A stretch of 64,000 nt of DNA from IMG/VR virus record IMGVR_UViG_3300033753_000202; one strand, 5' to 3'. The position numbers and the translations under genes are program-made. The notes under the pieces are model-generated. The model made no database searches and had not been told where the DNA came from. It saw only the letters and a list, made by a program, of their open reading frames with translations. Positions 30,232 through 38,715 of this stretch are shown one piece after another (the first letter of the stretch is position 1; each line of letters opens with the position of its first letter). This DNA is from an uncultured virus (IMG/VR IMGVR_UViG_3300033753_000202). Lineage: Duplodnaviria > Heunggongvirae > Uroviricota > Caudoviricetes.

Positions 30232-31041
30232 GTGAATATACCTAAGTCTAGATTGATCTTTACTTGCTTACTGGTTTTTGTTCTCGTACTTGTTACGATC
30301 TTGCCTTCTTTTCGGCAGTCCAATCTCGTAACAGATGAGATACCCGCTGAACAGTCGCAAACGGACACATCGCGTGACCCGGTATTAGACACTACGAATA
30401 CGAGTGAATCTCTATCACCGTCTAGTGTAATCGGAACACCATCACCTGTACCGTCGGCAACGCCAACCCCTTCTCCTTCTCCTGTTGGTGACGAGTCCTC
30501 GCCCGCTGTTGGGGGTAGCGTCGATAAGAAGGGGAAAATTTCTGACTTGTTGAAGCCCACACCCACTCCTACCTCTGAACCCGAAAAGGAAGAGGAGGAA
30601 ATTGAGATACTTTCTTTCAACACATTGGTTGCGGAAGCAACTGCAAATGTGGAGATTCTCGACTTGGACGAGTTTACCTCGCGTTTTCGTAAAGCGGCAG
30701 AGGGGGTACTGTCGGCGCTGGATCGCCGGGAGCAAGTTTACTTCGGCGGTGAGTATCTATCGGAAGAGTGGGTTGACGATAATTTGAAAGTGTTGAATGA
30801 AGTCAAACAGTCTTTGGCGGACTTTTGGTCTTTCGATACCGACAATGCGGAAGTCTCTGAAGCTCTTGCGGGGTTCAAGTTTATAGTTTTGGATTTTGCG
30901 AAGGTGTTTGAGGAGTATACGACTTACTTCCAAACCCTCGATAAGAATGACCTCAATTCTGCTTCCCGACTGTATGACGATTTGCGTTGGACATTCCAAT
31001 CGGCGCTTCAAGACATGAAATTCTTGCTCCGCATGGAGTGA
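30232..31041 (+). CDS. Membrane-anchored/secreted protein with Pro/Thr/Ser linker
   Basis: AGGAGG RBS, N-terminal hydrophobic helix, PTP repeats. Confidence 0.7.
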   Translation: MNIPKSRLIFTCLLVFVLVLVTILPSFRQSNLVTDEIPAEQSQTDTSRDPVLDTTNTSESLSPSSVIGTPSPVPSATPTPSPSPVGDESSPAVGGSVDKKGKISDLLKPTPTPTSEPEKEEEEIEILSFNTLVAEATANVEILDLDEFTSRFRKAAEGVLSALDRREQVYFGGEYLSEEWVDDNLKVLNEVKQSLADFWSFDTDNAEVSEALAGFKFIVLDFAKVFEEYTTYFQTLDKNDLNSASRLYDDLRWTFQSALQDMKFLLRME

Positions 31042-31100
31042 CTCATTTGTTTTACTTGGGTTTAAGTTAGTTAAGCGAATCTTCCCGAGGAGGGGTATTC

Positions 31101-31334
31101 ATGTTATTGGTGCAAGAGATCTACTACATGACCACGGGTAACTACAAGTATCGGAAAAACGTCTTTTTGGTGTACGACCCGAATGTGGCGGGTGTTCAGA
31201 TTATGCCCATCGCCGCGAAGTCGCAAGCGCCGACCGGGAACAATTTTCGTTTGCTCCCGTCGTTGGAGGTTACGCCGCGCCAATTCCGCGAGATCGAGAA
31301 ATACCTGTCGTGGCATAATATCCCGGTGACGTAA
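31101..31334 (+). CDS. Small hypothetical protein
   Basis: GAGGAGG RBS. Confidence 0.6.
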   Translation: MLLVQEIYYMTTGNYKYRKNVFLVYDPNVAGVQIMPIAAKSQAPTGNNFRLLPSLEVTPRQFREIEKYLSWHNIPVT

Positions 31335-31370
31335 GCCACCTTGCGGCTTTCGCCGTCCTCTCGCTCCCTG

Positions 31371-31420
31371 CCGCTCTCTGCCGCTCTCTGCGGCTCTCTG
31401 CGGCTCTCTGCGGCGTTCTG
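31371..31420 (+). repeat. Tandem 10-bp repeat (C[C/G]GCTCTCTG) x about 5
   Basis: ccgctctctg ccgctctctg cggctctctg cggctctctg cggcgttctg. Confidence 0.85.
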
Positions 31421-32054
31421 CGCCCCTTCCCTATGGTCGCCCTGCGGGTTGCCCTACAGAGGCTTGCTACGGTTGGGCGGTTGTGGTACAATAGGCTTGT
31501 TCCGGTGGTATCACCTCACCGTTCGATCCGTGCTTCAACACTCCAACACATGTGAAAGGAGGGTACGCCCATGACTTTGGCGTCTTCCGTCGAATTGAAA
31601 ACGCTAGCGAGGGGTACTTCGCACATGGCGCGTACCCACCAGCAACACCAGTTCCCACAACCCCACTTTAATCCGTGGGGCTTTTTGCGTTGGGAACGTT
31701 TGGTGTTGCTTCGAACGCGTGTTTCTCCGACTGCGGGGGTACTCTCCCCGATGACTTAAGCGCATTTGATTCACGCGACAAACCATTTTGCAACCCAAGC
31801 GTATTCCCTTCGCGGAATACGCTTTTTCTTTTGCACGAAAAGGAGTGATGGTGTGGACGACAATAATCCGCATCCGTTTCAACCAACCCTGCTATACCGA
31901 CAGCGATGGTGGGGTACTAAGACTACACTAGCTACTAAGCAACATCAACATATCACCTCTAAGACAAAGACGTCGAAACCGATGTCTTATTTAAGTGCGC
32001 CCAAAAATCAGTTATGACTTTTGAAATTTCTTATAAACTTTTTTGCAAAAAGTG

Positions 32055-32083
32055 TTGACTTGTTATTTTAGGCATGGTATTAT
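32055..32083 (+). promoter_or_regulatory. Promoter of tRNA array 1
   Basis: TTGACT-N17-TATTAT with extended TG. Confidence 0.75.
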
Positions 32084-32112
32084 ACCAACAGTTCCTAACC
32101 TATGGCGGCTAT

Positions 32113-32205
32113 GGCGGCTATGGTGGAATTGGTAGACACGCCGGATTGTGGCTCCGGTTTGGGGTTCAATCCCGAGTGCGAGTTCAAGTCTCGCTAGTCG
32201 CCCCA
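32113..32205 (+). tRNA. tRNA-His(GTG) with long variable arm
   Basis: G-1:C73, anticodon arm CCGGA-TTGTGGC-TCCGG, CCA end. Confidence 0.85.
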
Positions 32206-32220
32206 AACTTATATCATCGC

Positions 32221-32299
32221 AGGGGTGTAGTTCAGCTTGGTTTAGAACGCGTGTTTCGGGTACACGAGGTCGCAGGTTCGAATCCTGTCGCCCCTACCA
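32221..32299 (+). tRNA. tRNA-Pro(CGG)
   Basis: CGTGT-TTCGGGT-ACACG, canonical cloverleaf, CCA. Confidence 0.9.
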
Positions 32300-32317
32300 T
32301 AACTTCATTATTGGTAA

Positions 32318-32414
32318 GGAGTCATGCGTATGCTCTTTGTGGATGGGAATCCGCGTCCTGAGAAGGAGCGGAAGAGCGAGAGGGGTAAGCCCCGAGAATC
32401 CGCATGTTACGTCC
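32318..32414 (+). ncRNA. Unknown multibranch RNA inside tRNA array 1
   Basis: CATGCG/CGCATG and GCTCTT/AAGAGC stems plus three small hairpins. Confidence 0.45.
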
Positions 32415-32485
32415 GGTTGCACTCTACATAGAGCGCCCGACTGTTAATCGGGTGGTTGCAGGTTCGAGTCCCGCCTAGCCAGCCA
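32414..32485 (+). tRNA. Degenerate tRNA-Asn(GTT) (shrunken D arm, weak acceptor)
   Basis: CCCGA-CTGTTAA-TCGGG, T loop TTCGAGT, GCCA end. Confidence 0.6.
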
Positions 32486-32486
32486 T

Positions 32487-32571
32487 GTGGGAAGGAAGTT
32501 TAAAGACGTCAGGGAACGCCAGTCGGCTCCAACCCGACCGCTAAGGGGTTCAAATCCTCCCTCCCATGCCA
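32487..32571 (+). tRNA. Degenerate tRNA-Trp(CCA)
   Basis: GTCGG-CTCCAAC-CCGAC, atypical D region, GCCA end. Confidence 0.6.
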
Positions 32572-32572
32572 T

Positions 32573-32647
32573 GCGGAATTAGTTTAGCAGGTAAAACGTC
32601 GGCCTTCCAAGCCGAAGTCACGAGTTCGATACTCGTATTCCGCTCCA
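32573..32647 (+). tRNA. tRNA-Gly(TCC)
   Basis: TCGGC-CTTCCAA-GCCGA, U73, CCA. Confidence 0.92.
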
Positions 32648-32706
32648 TTTCAATCGTCTATCAACGTGGTTTCTATGAAAAAGGTCTACACTTAAAAATA
32701 ATTGAA

Positions 32707-32830
32707 GATGCGGTGGCGGAATAGGTAGACGCAGGCGGGCTGCTTTGGTTGGCGGCGGCTCAATAACGCCGGAGCAAGTCAGGGCTCACGTGTTGGCTCA
32801 TGCAGGGTGCAAATCCCTGCCCGCATCGCA
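32707..32830 (+). ncRNA. tRNA-like RNA with greatly extended anticodon arm
   Basis: Acceptor GATGCGG/CCGCATC, Leu-type D arm, T arm CAGGG-TGCAAAT-CCCTG, about 70 nt between D and T arms. Confidence 0.7.
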
Positions 32831-32839
32831 TAATGTAAT

Positions 32840-32917
32840 AGGGATGTAGCGCAGTTTGGTCAGCGCACCTGATTTGGGATCAGGGGGTCGCAGGTTCGAA
32901 TCCTGTCATCCCTACCA
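32840..32917 (+). tRNA. tRNA-Pro(TGG)
   Basis: CCTGA-TTTGGGA-TCAGG, CCA. Confidence 0.92.
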
Positions 32918-32920
32918 TAT

Positions 32921-32996
32921 GGACTGGTAGCTCAGTTGGTAGAGCGGAAGCCTGAAGAGCTTCGCGTCGGGGGTTCGATTCCCTCTCAGTCCACCA
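32921..32996 (+). tRNA. tRNA-Phe(GAA)
   Basis: GAAGC-CTGAAGA-GCTTC, CCA. Confidence 0.92.
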
Positions 32997-32997
32997 T

Positions 32998-33074
32998 TGA
33001 GAGGTAGCCAAGTCGGTAAGGCGGTACCCTGTTAAGGTACAGATGCGTGGGTTCGAATCCCACCCTCTCAGCCA
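32998..33074 (+). tRNA. tRNA-Asn(GTT)
   Basis: GTACC-CTGTTAA-GGTAC, G73, CCA. Confidence 0.88.
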
Positions 33075-33075
33075 T

Positions 33076-33146
33076 AAGGGTTTAGTTTAATGGTAGAACG
33101 GGCGGCTCCAACCCGCTTGGTGGGGGTTCGAATCCCTCAGCCCTTG
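33076..33146 (+). tRNA. tRNA-Trp(CCA), no encoded CCA
   Basis: GGCGG-CTCCAAC-CCGCT, canonical arms. Confidence 0.88.
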
Positions 33147-33208
33147 TCAAAAAAGATCTCCCCCTTCCAGACACTCGGATAAATTCGAGTGAAGGTGAGG
33201 GGGTATTT

Positions 33209-33805
33209 ATGAGGAGATTACCATTCAATCGTTCGTTTTTCCTTCTGTTTTTAGTTTCGACGGTTCTTGCTTCTTGTGCGGTGTCTAAGAAGGAGGAAAA
33301 AGTAGATTTCAGCTCCGTTTTATTCGATAACTTGAAGCCCTACATTGGAGTTGGGGCGGGAAATACTTTGAAAGAGGTTATGATCGACGTTTATGTCCGT
33401 CACAGAGACGCGATCCTTTCGGTACGACCGGAATTAGCACAGAAAATGCACTTTTCAAACGAACCTCGCTTTGGAGAGCCTTTTTTGGTTTTGGAAGAAG
33501 ACGGTTCGTTGGTGGGTTACTTGAGGTATTATCGTGACGTGGTTAGTTCTGGGAAGACATCTGTTACACGTAACTACTATATTTCCTATAACTTCTTTAC
33601 TGGGGATACTCACTCTATTTTGAGTGGGAGGAAGGTCACGGTTTTGAGTTACATCAAATTCCTTGTTGAACCGGATCGTCAGTTGGACTACATGGCTAAG
33701 GTACATACTTACCTGCAGAATCTAAAAAAGGAGCGCGAAGAGCAAGCGAACGAAGATCAAGTGGACGAAGAGCAGACGAATCAGGAAGACCTTGTGAAGC
33801 TTTGA
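33209..33805 (+). CDS. Lipoprotein
   Basis: Lipobox LAS|C after a hydrophobic stretch. Confidence 0.7.
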   Translation: MRRLPFNRSFFLLFLVSTVLASCAVSKKEEKVDFSSVLFDNLKPYIGVGAGNTLKEVMIDVYVRHRDAILSVRPELAQKMHFSNEPRFGEPFLVLEEDGSLVGYLRYYRDVVSSGKTSVTRNYYISYNFFTGDTHSILSGRKVTVLSYIKFLVEPDRQLDYMAKVHTYLQNLKKEREEQANEDQVDEEQTNQEDLVKL

Positions 33806-33935
33806 TATCTCTTTACGGATGATGGAGATTTTAGGTTAAGATTTGTTTTAATGTTGAAGAATAATAAAAAGACTTGTTGACTTCCTTAAAATTTTTGGTA
33901 AACTGAGACCAATCGTTTTTGAGGCGGTTTTTCCT

Positions 33936-34487
33936 TTGAATCGGCAAACTTTATTCGCTCGTCTTCCTAATTCACGTCGCGGTGCTAGGAAGGTGAAGCC
34001 TTCTTTCCCTCAACCGAGTCTTACAAAAGCGGAAATTCAATCTGAGCGTATCCGTATTTTGCGGGAGTCTATACCTCGTTTGGATGCGTATGAAGACTTG
34101 CGCTCGGCAGGACAGCTTTTGGTACACGCGTGTCGGCGGTTTATGGGGGGGGGTAATGTTGAGTTGGTTTCGCAGTTTGGGTGGTCGGTGGAAGAAAACG
34201 ATCCTTTGCTTTCTAAGCGCACGAACCTTCCGAACTATCGTGGCAGTCCTCTTATTAAATGGCGGCGTTATGAGTTTATGGTTCTTGAGCTTCAACATCT
34301 CATTCCGCGCTCGAATAATATCTTAACGCTTAAGACTTTTGGTGATAGCTTACTTTTTGCGGCGCGGCAAGCCTACCATTATGCTTCGCTTGTTCCGACC
34401 GAGGAAGAGAGCGGTGCGGTGATATTCAGTGAAGAGGAAGTCAATTTTCTTCTTGAATTTGATGAGTGGGTAAAGAGACCTCGATAG
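33936..34487 (+). CDS. Hypothetical protein
   Basis: ORF with upstream TTGACT...TAAACT promoter-like sequence. Confidence 0.55.
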   Translation: MNRQTLFARLPNSRRGARKVKPSFPQPSLTKAEIQSERIRILRESIPRLDAYEDLRSAGQLLVHACRRFMGGGNVELVSQFGWSVEENDPLLSKRTNLPNYRGSPLIKWRRYEFMVLELQHLIPRSNNILTLKTFGDSLLFAARQAYHYASLVPTEEESGAVIFSEEEVNFLLEFDEWVKRPR

Positions 34488-34533
34488 CCCTCCAAGGAGG
34501 GATATCCCTCATTCTGTTCTTTGGGGTGATTGA

Positions 34534-34956
34534 ATGTCAACTTTTTTACCGGATAAGCGTCTTTTCATAGCGGAAATCACGTATCGTGTAGTCCTTTTCC
34601 TCTTGCTTTTGATTTTTGGTTGTTGGCTCTTTCTGATGCTTTTCCCGATAGAGGCTTGGTTGGGGGTACCGGGATCGTTATGTGTGTTCTTCGGACTGAT
34701 TTTTGCGCGAAAAGGATGGTTTCTTTGGGCGGATTGGAGAAATTCCGCTTTTCGTCAACTTGATGGTATTGTTCTTTCGTTCCAGCCAAGTCGTTCTTGG
34801 TACACCGGGACAAAGGGAGACTACTTTTTGACGGTAAAGGACACTCAAGGAACCATACATATCTTTCGCACCACGAAGGACTGGAAGCTTTCCGAGGGTG
34901 CGTCCTGTAGACTTTGGGTGGGTCAGCGTTCAAATGTTTTGTTCGGAATAGACTAA
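34534..34956 (+). CDS. Hypothetical membrane protein
   Basis: Two TM helices then a small beta-rich segment. Confidence 0.6.
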   Translation: MSTFLPDKRLFIAEITYRVVLFLLLLIFGCWLFLMLFPIEAWLGVPGSLCVFFGLIFARKGWFLWADWRNSAFRQLDGIVLSFQPSRSWYTGTKGDYFLTVKDTQGTIHIFRTTKDWKLSEGASCRLWVGQRSNVLFGID

Positions 34957-35048
34957 CCTTCTTTGTAGCAAAGCACGGTTCCTAGCAAGATCCCCACCCA
35001 CCCACTGCTGGAGTACTTACGAATAATTATCCACTAACGAATCTTTAG

Positions 35049-35077
35049 TTGACCTGTGCGTACTGTAGGCGTACAAT
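35049..35077 (+). promoter_or_regulatory. sigmaA-type promoter of a stand-alone tRNA-like RNA
   Basis: TTGACC-N17-TACAAT. Confidence 0.65.
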
Positions 35078-35130
35078 AAGGACATCTCTGGTGGGGTATT
35101 CCCCTTCATGTTTCCTGTTCTTTCTAGTTT

Positions 35131-35209
35131 GAGTCTGCTGTAGGTGACAGAACGGTCATCGGCTTGATCACCCGACTGATCGTTAAGGGTTCGAATCCCT
35201 TCAGACTCC
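35131..35209 (+). ncRNA. tRNA-like RNA with 12-bp anticodon-arm equivalent
   Basis: Acceptor GAGTCTG/CAGACTC; CTGT/ACAG; AACGGTCA-TCGG/CCGA-c-TGATCGTT; T arm AAGGG-TTCGAAT-CCCTT; terminator at about 35227-35258. Confidence 0.65.
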
Positions 35210-35411
35210 CGGTTATTGATAATCCAAGAGGGGTTCAGACACATGAACCCCTCTTTTGTGTTTTCAGAGAAATGGAAATTCTACATAATTTCTTCGCTCT
35301 TTTCTGTACTTTCCTCACTTTTTATGTTTTATTTTCTTTCGAGTTGGAACTGGTGTTAATTTGTTTAGGTTTTGATTCTTTATTTTTGTGTTTTGTAAAG
35401 GAGGTTTTGTT

Positions 35412-37046
35412 GTGGGGCTTCGAGAACGCACGTGGTTTGGTCGGTACTCGCAGGTAAAGGACATTGAGACTTTGGAGCAACTGGACTTCCAGACCCGAAG
35501 CATTTCTTTACTTATCGGGCTGGCTTTACTTGCGGTTCTCAATCTCTATTTGGTGTTGTTTTATTATACAGATGCCTACCCACAGTCGAATGTTAAAGGT
35601 CTTTTGGTAGCGTTCACTGTCTTGGATTTTCTGTTGGCGTTTGTTTTTGCTTTTTGGTTGAATCTTGGCTCAAAGCGTAAGTCTCGTTCAATTCACTTGA
35701 TTCCTTACGTTGCACTCTTTACAGTTTCTTTGACTTTACTTTTCCGTTTTGTATTCTTACCCAGCGTCATTGACTATTTTTCGATTTTATGCATCCTTAT
35801 GATGGGAGTTATGCATAGACGATATCGAGTTTACTTGATGACCAACTTCCTCACGTCTATCCTCCTGCTTGTCTTCCTCTACCGCTCCAATGGTCTTCAT
35901 GCGCTCTTAGGAATCCCAGGGGGTAATGATGGTGACTTGGTTTCTACGCTGGTCTACATTTTCTTCTACATCCTTGTTTCGTTCTTGTTGTTTGACTCAG
36001 TTTTCGCGCATCGTTACTACCAGCGTAGTGCCAATACTATTTATGATGAGACGGTTCGTTTGTCGAATCAGCTTACGTCACAGCGGGATGTTATTGTAGA
36101 CACTATCAAAGGGTTGAATGCTTTTGCGCTCGATTTAGGTAAGCAGAGTAACATGCAGTCACAGTCTTTGGATGGGTTGGTTGTAGCATCCCGCGAAGTT
36201 GGAAAGGCGATTGAGCATCAAGCGTCAAGTGTGTCTGACATTTATGCGTCTCTGCAACAAACGGTACAGTCATTGGATCATTTTACACAGGAGTTGGCAT
36301 CCATCGCAGAGAACTCCAATGCAACGGCGGAGCTTTCGAATAAAGGTCGGGAACAACTTAGCGCATTTATCGGACATCTTAAAGCCTTCCACGCGTTCAC
36401 CCTCACCTTTCAAGAGGGGTATCGGGAAATGGTCGAGAAGCTTAATCAAATCATCAAGCACAATGAGGCGATCCAACAGGTGGCGCAAGCAACGAATATC
36501 CTTTCCCTTAACGCCAGCATTGAGTCTGCCCGCGCTGGGGAGCATGGGAAAGGTTTTTCTGTAATCGCCGCTGAGATAAGGAAGCTCTCGAAACAGTCTT
36601 CGGATCTGGCGAAAGCGGTTCAGCAGACGACGGTTACCCTTTGTGCGGGTGCGGAGAAGAATACGAAAGCTCTTGAATCGGGTAAAGCGGTCTTTGATCA
36701 GATTCGGAAGAGCGTTGAGGTTGTCGACGAGTCCTTCAGTTCCATAGTGGACGCTGTGCATGGGGTCGACAGCTCGACGCAAAATATGATGGTACATCTT
36801 ACACAAATCCATGACAACACTAAGGTCATTGAAGGCTCCCTCGGGGAGTTTAGTTCCTCTTTACAACAAAGTTCTGCTTCGACGCAAGAGATGGTTGCCA
36901 CTTTGGAGAACTTGGCTTCCTTTAATAAGACTTTTGATTCGAATGTTAGTGCGGTGCAAACATGGAGTCACCAACTGCTTGGTGCGGTGGGCGACACTTT
37001 GTTGGAGTTTGGGTTACCGTCTAATTCATCTAAACCTACCACTTGA
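35412..37046 (+). CDS. Methyl-accepting chemotaxis protein
   Basis: Multiple TM helices; signalling hairpin TNILSLNASIESARAGEHGKGFSVIAAEIRKLS. Confidence 0.9.
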   Translation: MGLRERTWFGRYSQVKDIETLEQLDFQTRSISLLIGLALLAVLNLYLVLFYYTDAYPQSNVKGLLVAFTVLDFLLAFVFAFWLNLGSKRKSRSIHLIPYVALFTVSLTLLFRFVFLPSVIDYFSILCILMMGVMHRRYRVYLMTNFLTSILLLVFLYRSNGLHALLGIPGGNDGDLVSTLVYIFFYILVSFLLFDSVFAHRYYQRSANTIYDETVRLSNQLTSQRDVIVDTIKGLNAFALDLGKQSNMQSQSLDGLVVASREVGKAIEHQASSVSDIYASLQQTVQSLDHFTQELASIAENSNATAELSNKGREQLSAFIGHLKAFHAFTLTFQEGYREMVEKLNQIIKHNEAIQQVAQATNILSLNASIESARAGEHGKGFSVIAAEIRKLSKQSSDLAKAVQQTTVTLCAGAEKNTKALESGKAVFDQIRKSVEVVDESFSSIVDAVHGVDSSTQNMMVHLTQIHDNTKVIEGSLGEFSSSLQQSSASTQEMVATLENLASFNKTFDSNVSAVQTWSHQLLGAVGDTLLEFGLPSNSSKPTT

Positions 37047-37579
37047 CGGGGTAGGACTTCTACGTTACAATAGCACATGGTTTTATGATATGGAGGTGGG
37101 CGGAATGCCGATGTCAAGGACGACAACTTATCTTCCACGGACGGAGAGGGGTTCCGCTCGACTCTGATCTTATTTATAAGTGAGAGGTAAATGGTTGACA
37201 CGCTCCGTGTGCATGGCGGTGTAGGTCAGGTGGGTCAAATAGGGCAACTTCATAGCATTACAACGGTAGTGGAGTATGGAAGTCACCTGCAAATCGACTA
37301 GCCCTATCAGGGGTAATCAACTCCATCACTCCGAATGCGAAGTGTCCGGTTGATCTTTATGAAAATGCCACTTTGGATATGTTTGCTGCCTCTGTTGTTG
37401 AGCAGTTAAAGGGTGCTTGGAATCTCAGACGATAATTCTTGACAATATAATAATCGCAAGGTGAAAGGCTCTGCGCAACTTTCTGCGCGAGCCTTATTTT
37501 GTTTTATTTGCGGACTTGTTTGCCTTACTTGAAGAATTAAGGTATACTGGTAGAAATTTCAGTGTGGGGAGGGGTATTC

Positions 37580-38632
37580 ATGAAAGTTGTCGCCGCTCTT
37601 ACGGCAGAAGATATCTTTAATGCCAACTGCCCCGGTGACATTTTTACGCAGGATGCCGCTTTCTTGAAGAAGGAGTATCAAACTCTTTCAAAGTTGTGGC
37701 ACCCGGATGTGTGTTCGCATCCACAAGCATCGGAGATTATGGCAAAAATCAATAAGTTGTATGGTCAGGCGCAAAAGGACTTGGCAAAAGGTACATGGGC
37801 TATCTCGAATGTGTATCTGGTTTGGACGACTAACGGTAGGTTGATCCGCTATAAGTATTTGGTCAGCCGTAAAATGCCAGAAGGGTTTGCGTACATCGGT
37901 AAGAACACGGTCATGTGCCTGTTTGCTAAGGCAAATCGAGACATTTACGAAAATTTCCTTCACAGCCTGACTTCGCTTAGGTATGCGGACAAGGCGATGG
38001 AGCAGGAGTTCAGCCGTTTCTTGCCAAAGGTTTTGGAGTCGTTTGAAGCGAAGGAAGAGGACGTCTTAGGGGTAATTCTCTCGAAACCTTCGGACTTGTT
38101 CTATCTTCGAGATATTCTCAATCATTATCATGGGAAGGTACCTCCGCGCCATGTTGCGTGGATTGTCAGCGCTTTGTTGAATTTGTCATGTTTCATCCAT
38201 TATAATCAGCGGGCGCATAACGGGATCACGCTTGATACCGTCACCATTTCGCCGCCGAATCACTCGGCAGTTATTGTTGGGGGTTGGGGCTTCTCGAAAC
38301 CGCTTGGTGATCGTCTTCTAGGGGTACCGGATGAAGTCTATGATATCATGCCTAACAAGGCTAAGTCTAGTGGTACTTCCACGCATTTGACGGACTTGGA
38401 AAGCATCAAGTTTATCGCTCGGACTTTGCTTGGGAATCCGGCTGGTACTATGTTAGTTCGTGATCCAGAAATTCCAAAGCCTTTTGCGGAGTGGGTGTTA
38501 CATCCAGCTGGGGATACACCTTTTAAGGAGTATACGCATTGGCAGAAGGTGTTGGACGCGTCGTGGGGTAAGCGGCAGTTTGTCGACATGCCTATTCGGT
38601 TTGAGGATATTTACCCACCTGAAAGGAAATAA
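37580..38632 (+). CDS. J-domain (HPD) fused to a kinase-like (pseudokinase) domain
   Basis: KKEY..LSK.WHPD...M..IN.LY; HVAWI...LL; HNGI....V.I; GGWGFS. Confidence 0.75.
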   Translation: MKVVAALTAEDIFNANCPGDIFTQDAAFLKKEYQTLSKLWHPDVCSHPQASEIMAKINKLYGQAQKDLAKGTWAISNVYLVWTTNGRLIRYKYLVSRKMPEGFAYIGKNTVMCLFAKANRDIYENFLHSLTSLRYADKAMEQEFSRFLPKVLESFEAKEEDVLGVILSKPSDLFYLRDILNHYHGKVPPRHVAWIVSALLNLSCFIHYNQRAHNGITLDTVTISPPNHSAVIVGGWGFSKPLGDRLLGVPDEVYDIMPNKAKSSGTSTHLTDLESIKFIARTLLGNPAGTMLVRDPEIPKPFAEWVLHPAGDTPFKEYTHWQKVLDASWGKRQFVDMPIRFEDIYPPERK

Positions 38633-38715
38633 ATCCTCGTTTTCAAGATATAGCTTGTCATCTTTAGACTTATGCGTTATACTACACACAATAAATTTAA
38701 GGAGGCGTTATACAT

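Noticed and set aside
35131..35209. tRNA-Sec
   Set aside because: There is no 8-bp acceptor, no long variable arm, and TCA is not centred in a 7-nt loop.
37190..37435. SRP RNA or a small gene in the gap before the J-domain gene
   Set aside because: GGTCAGG is present but the GGAAGGAAGCAG SRP core is missing, and the reading frames are short and interrupted. Possibly a decayed gene.
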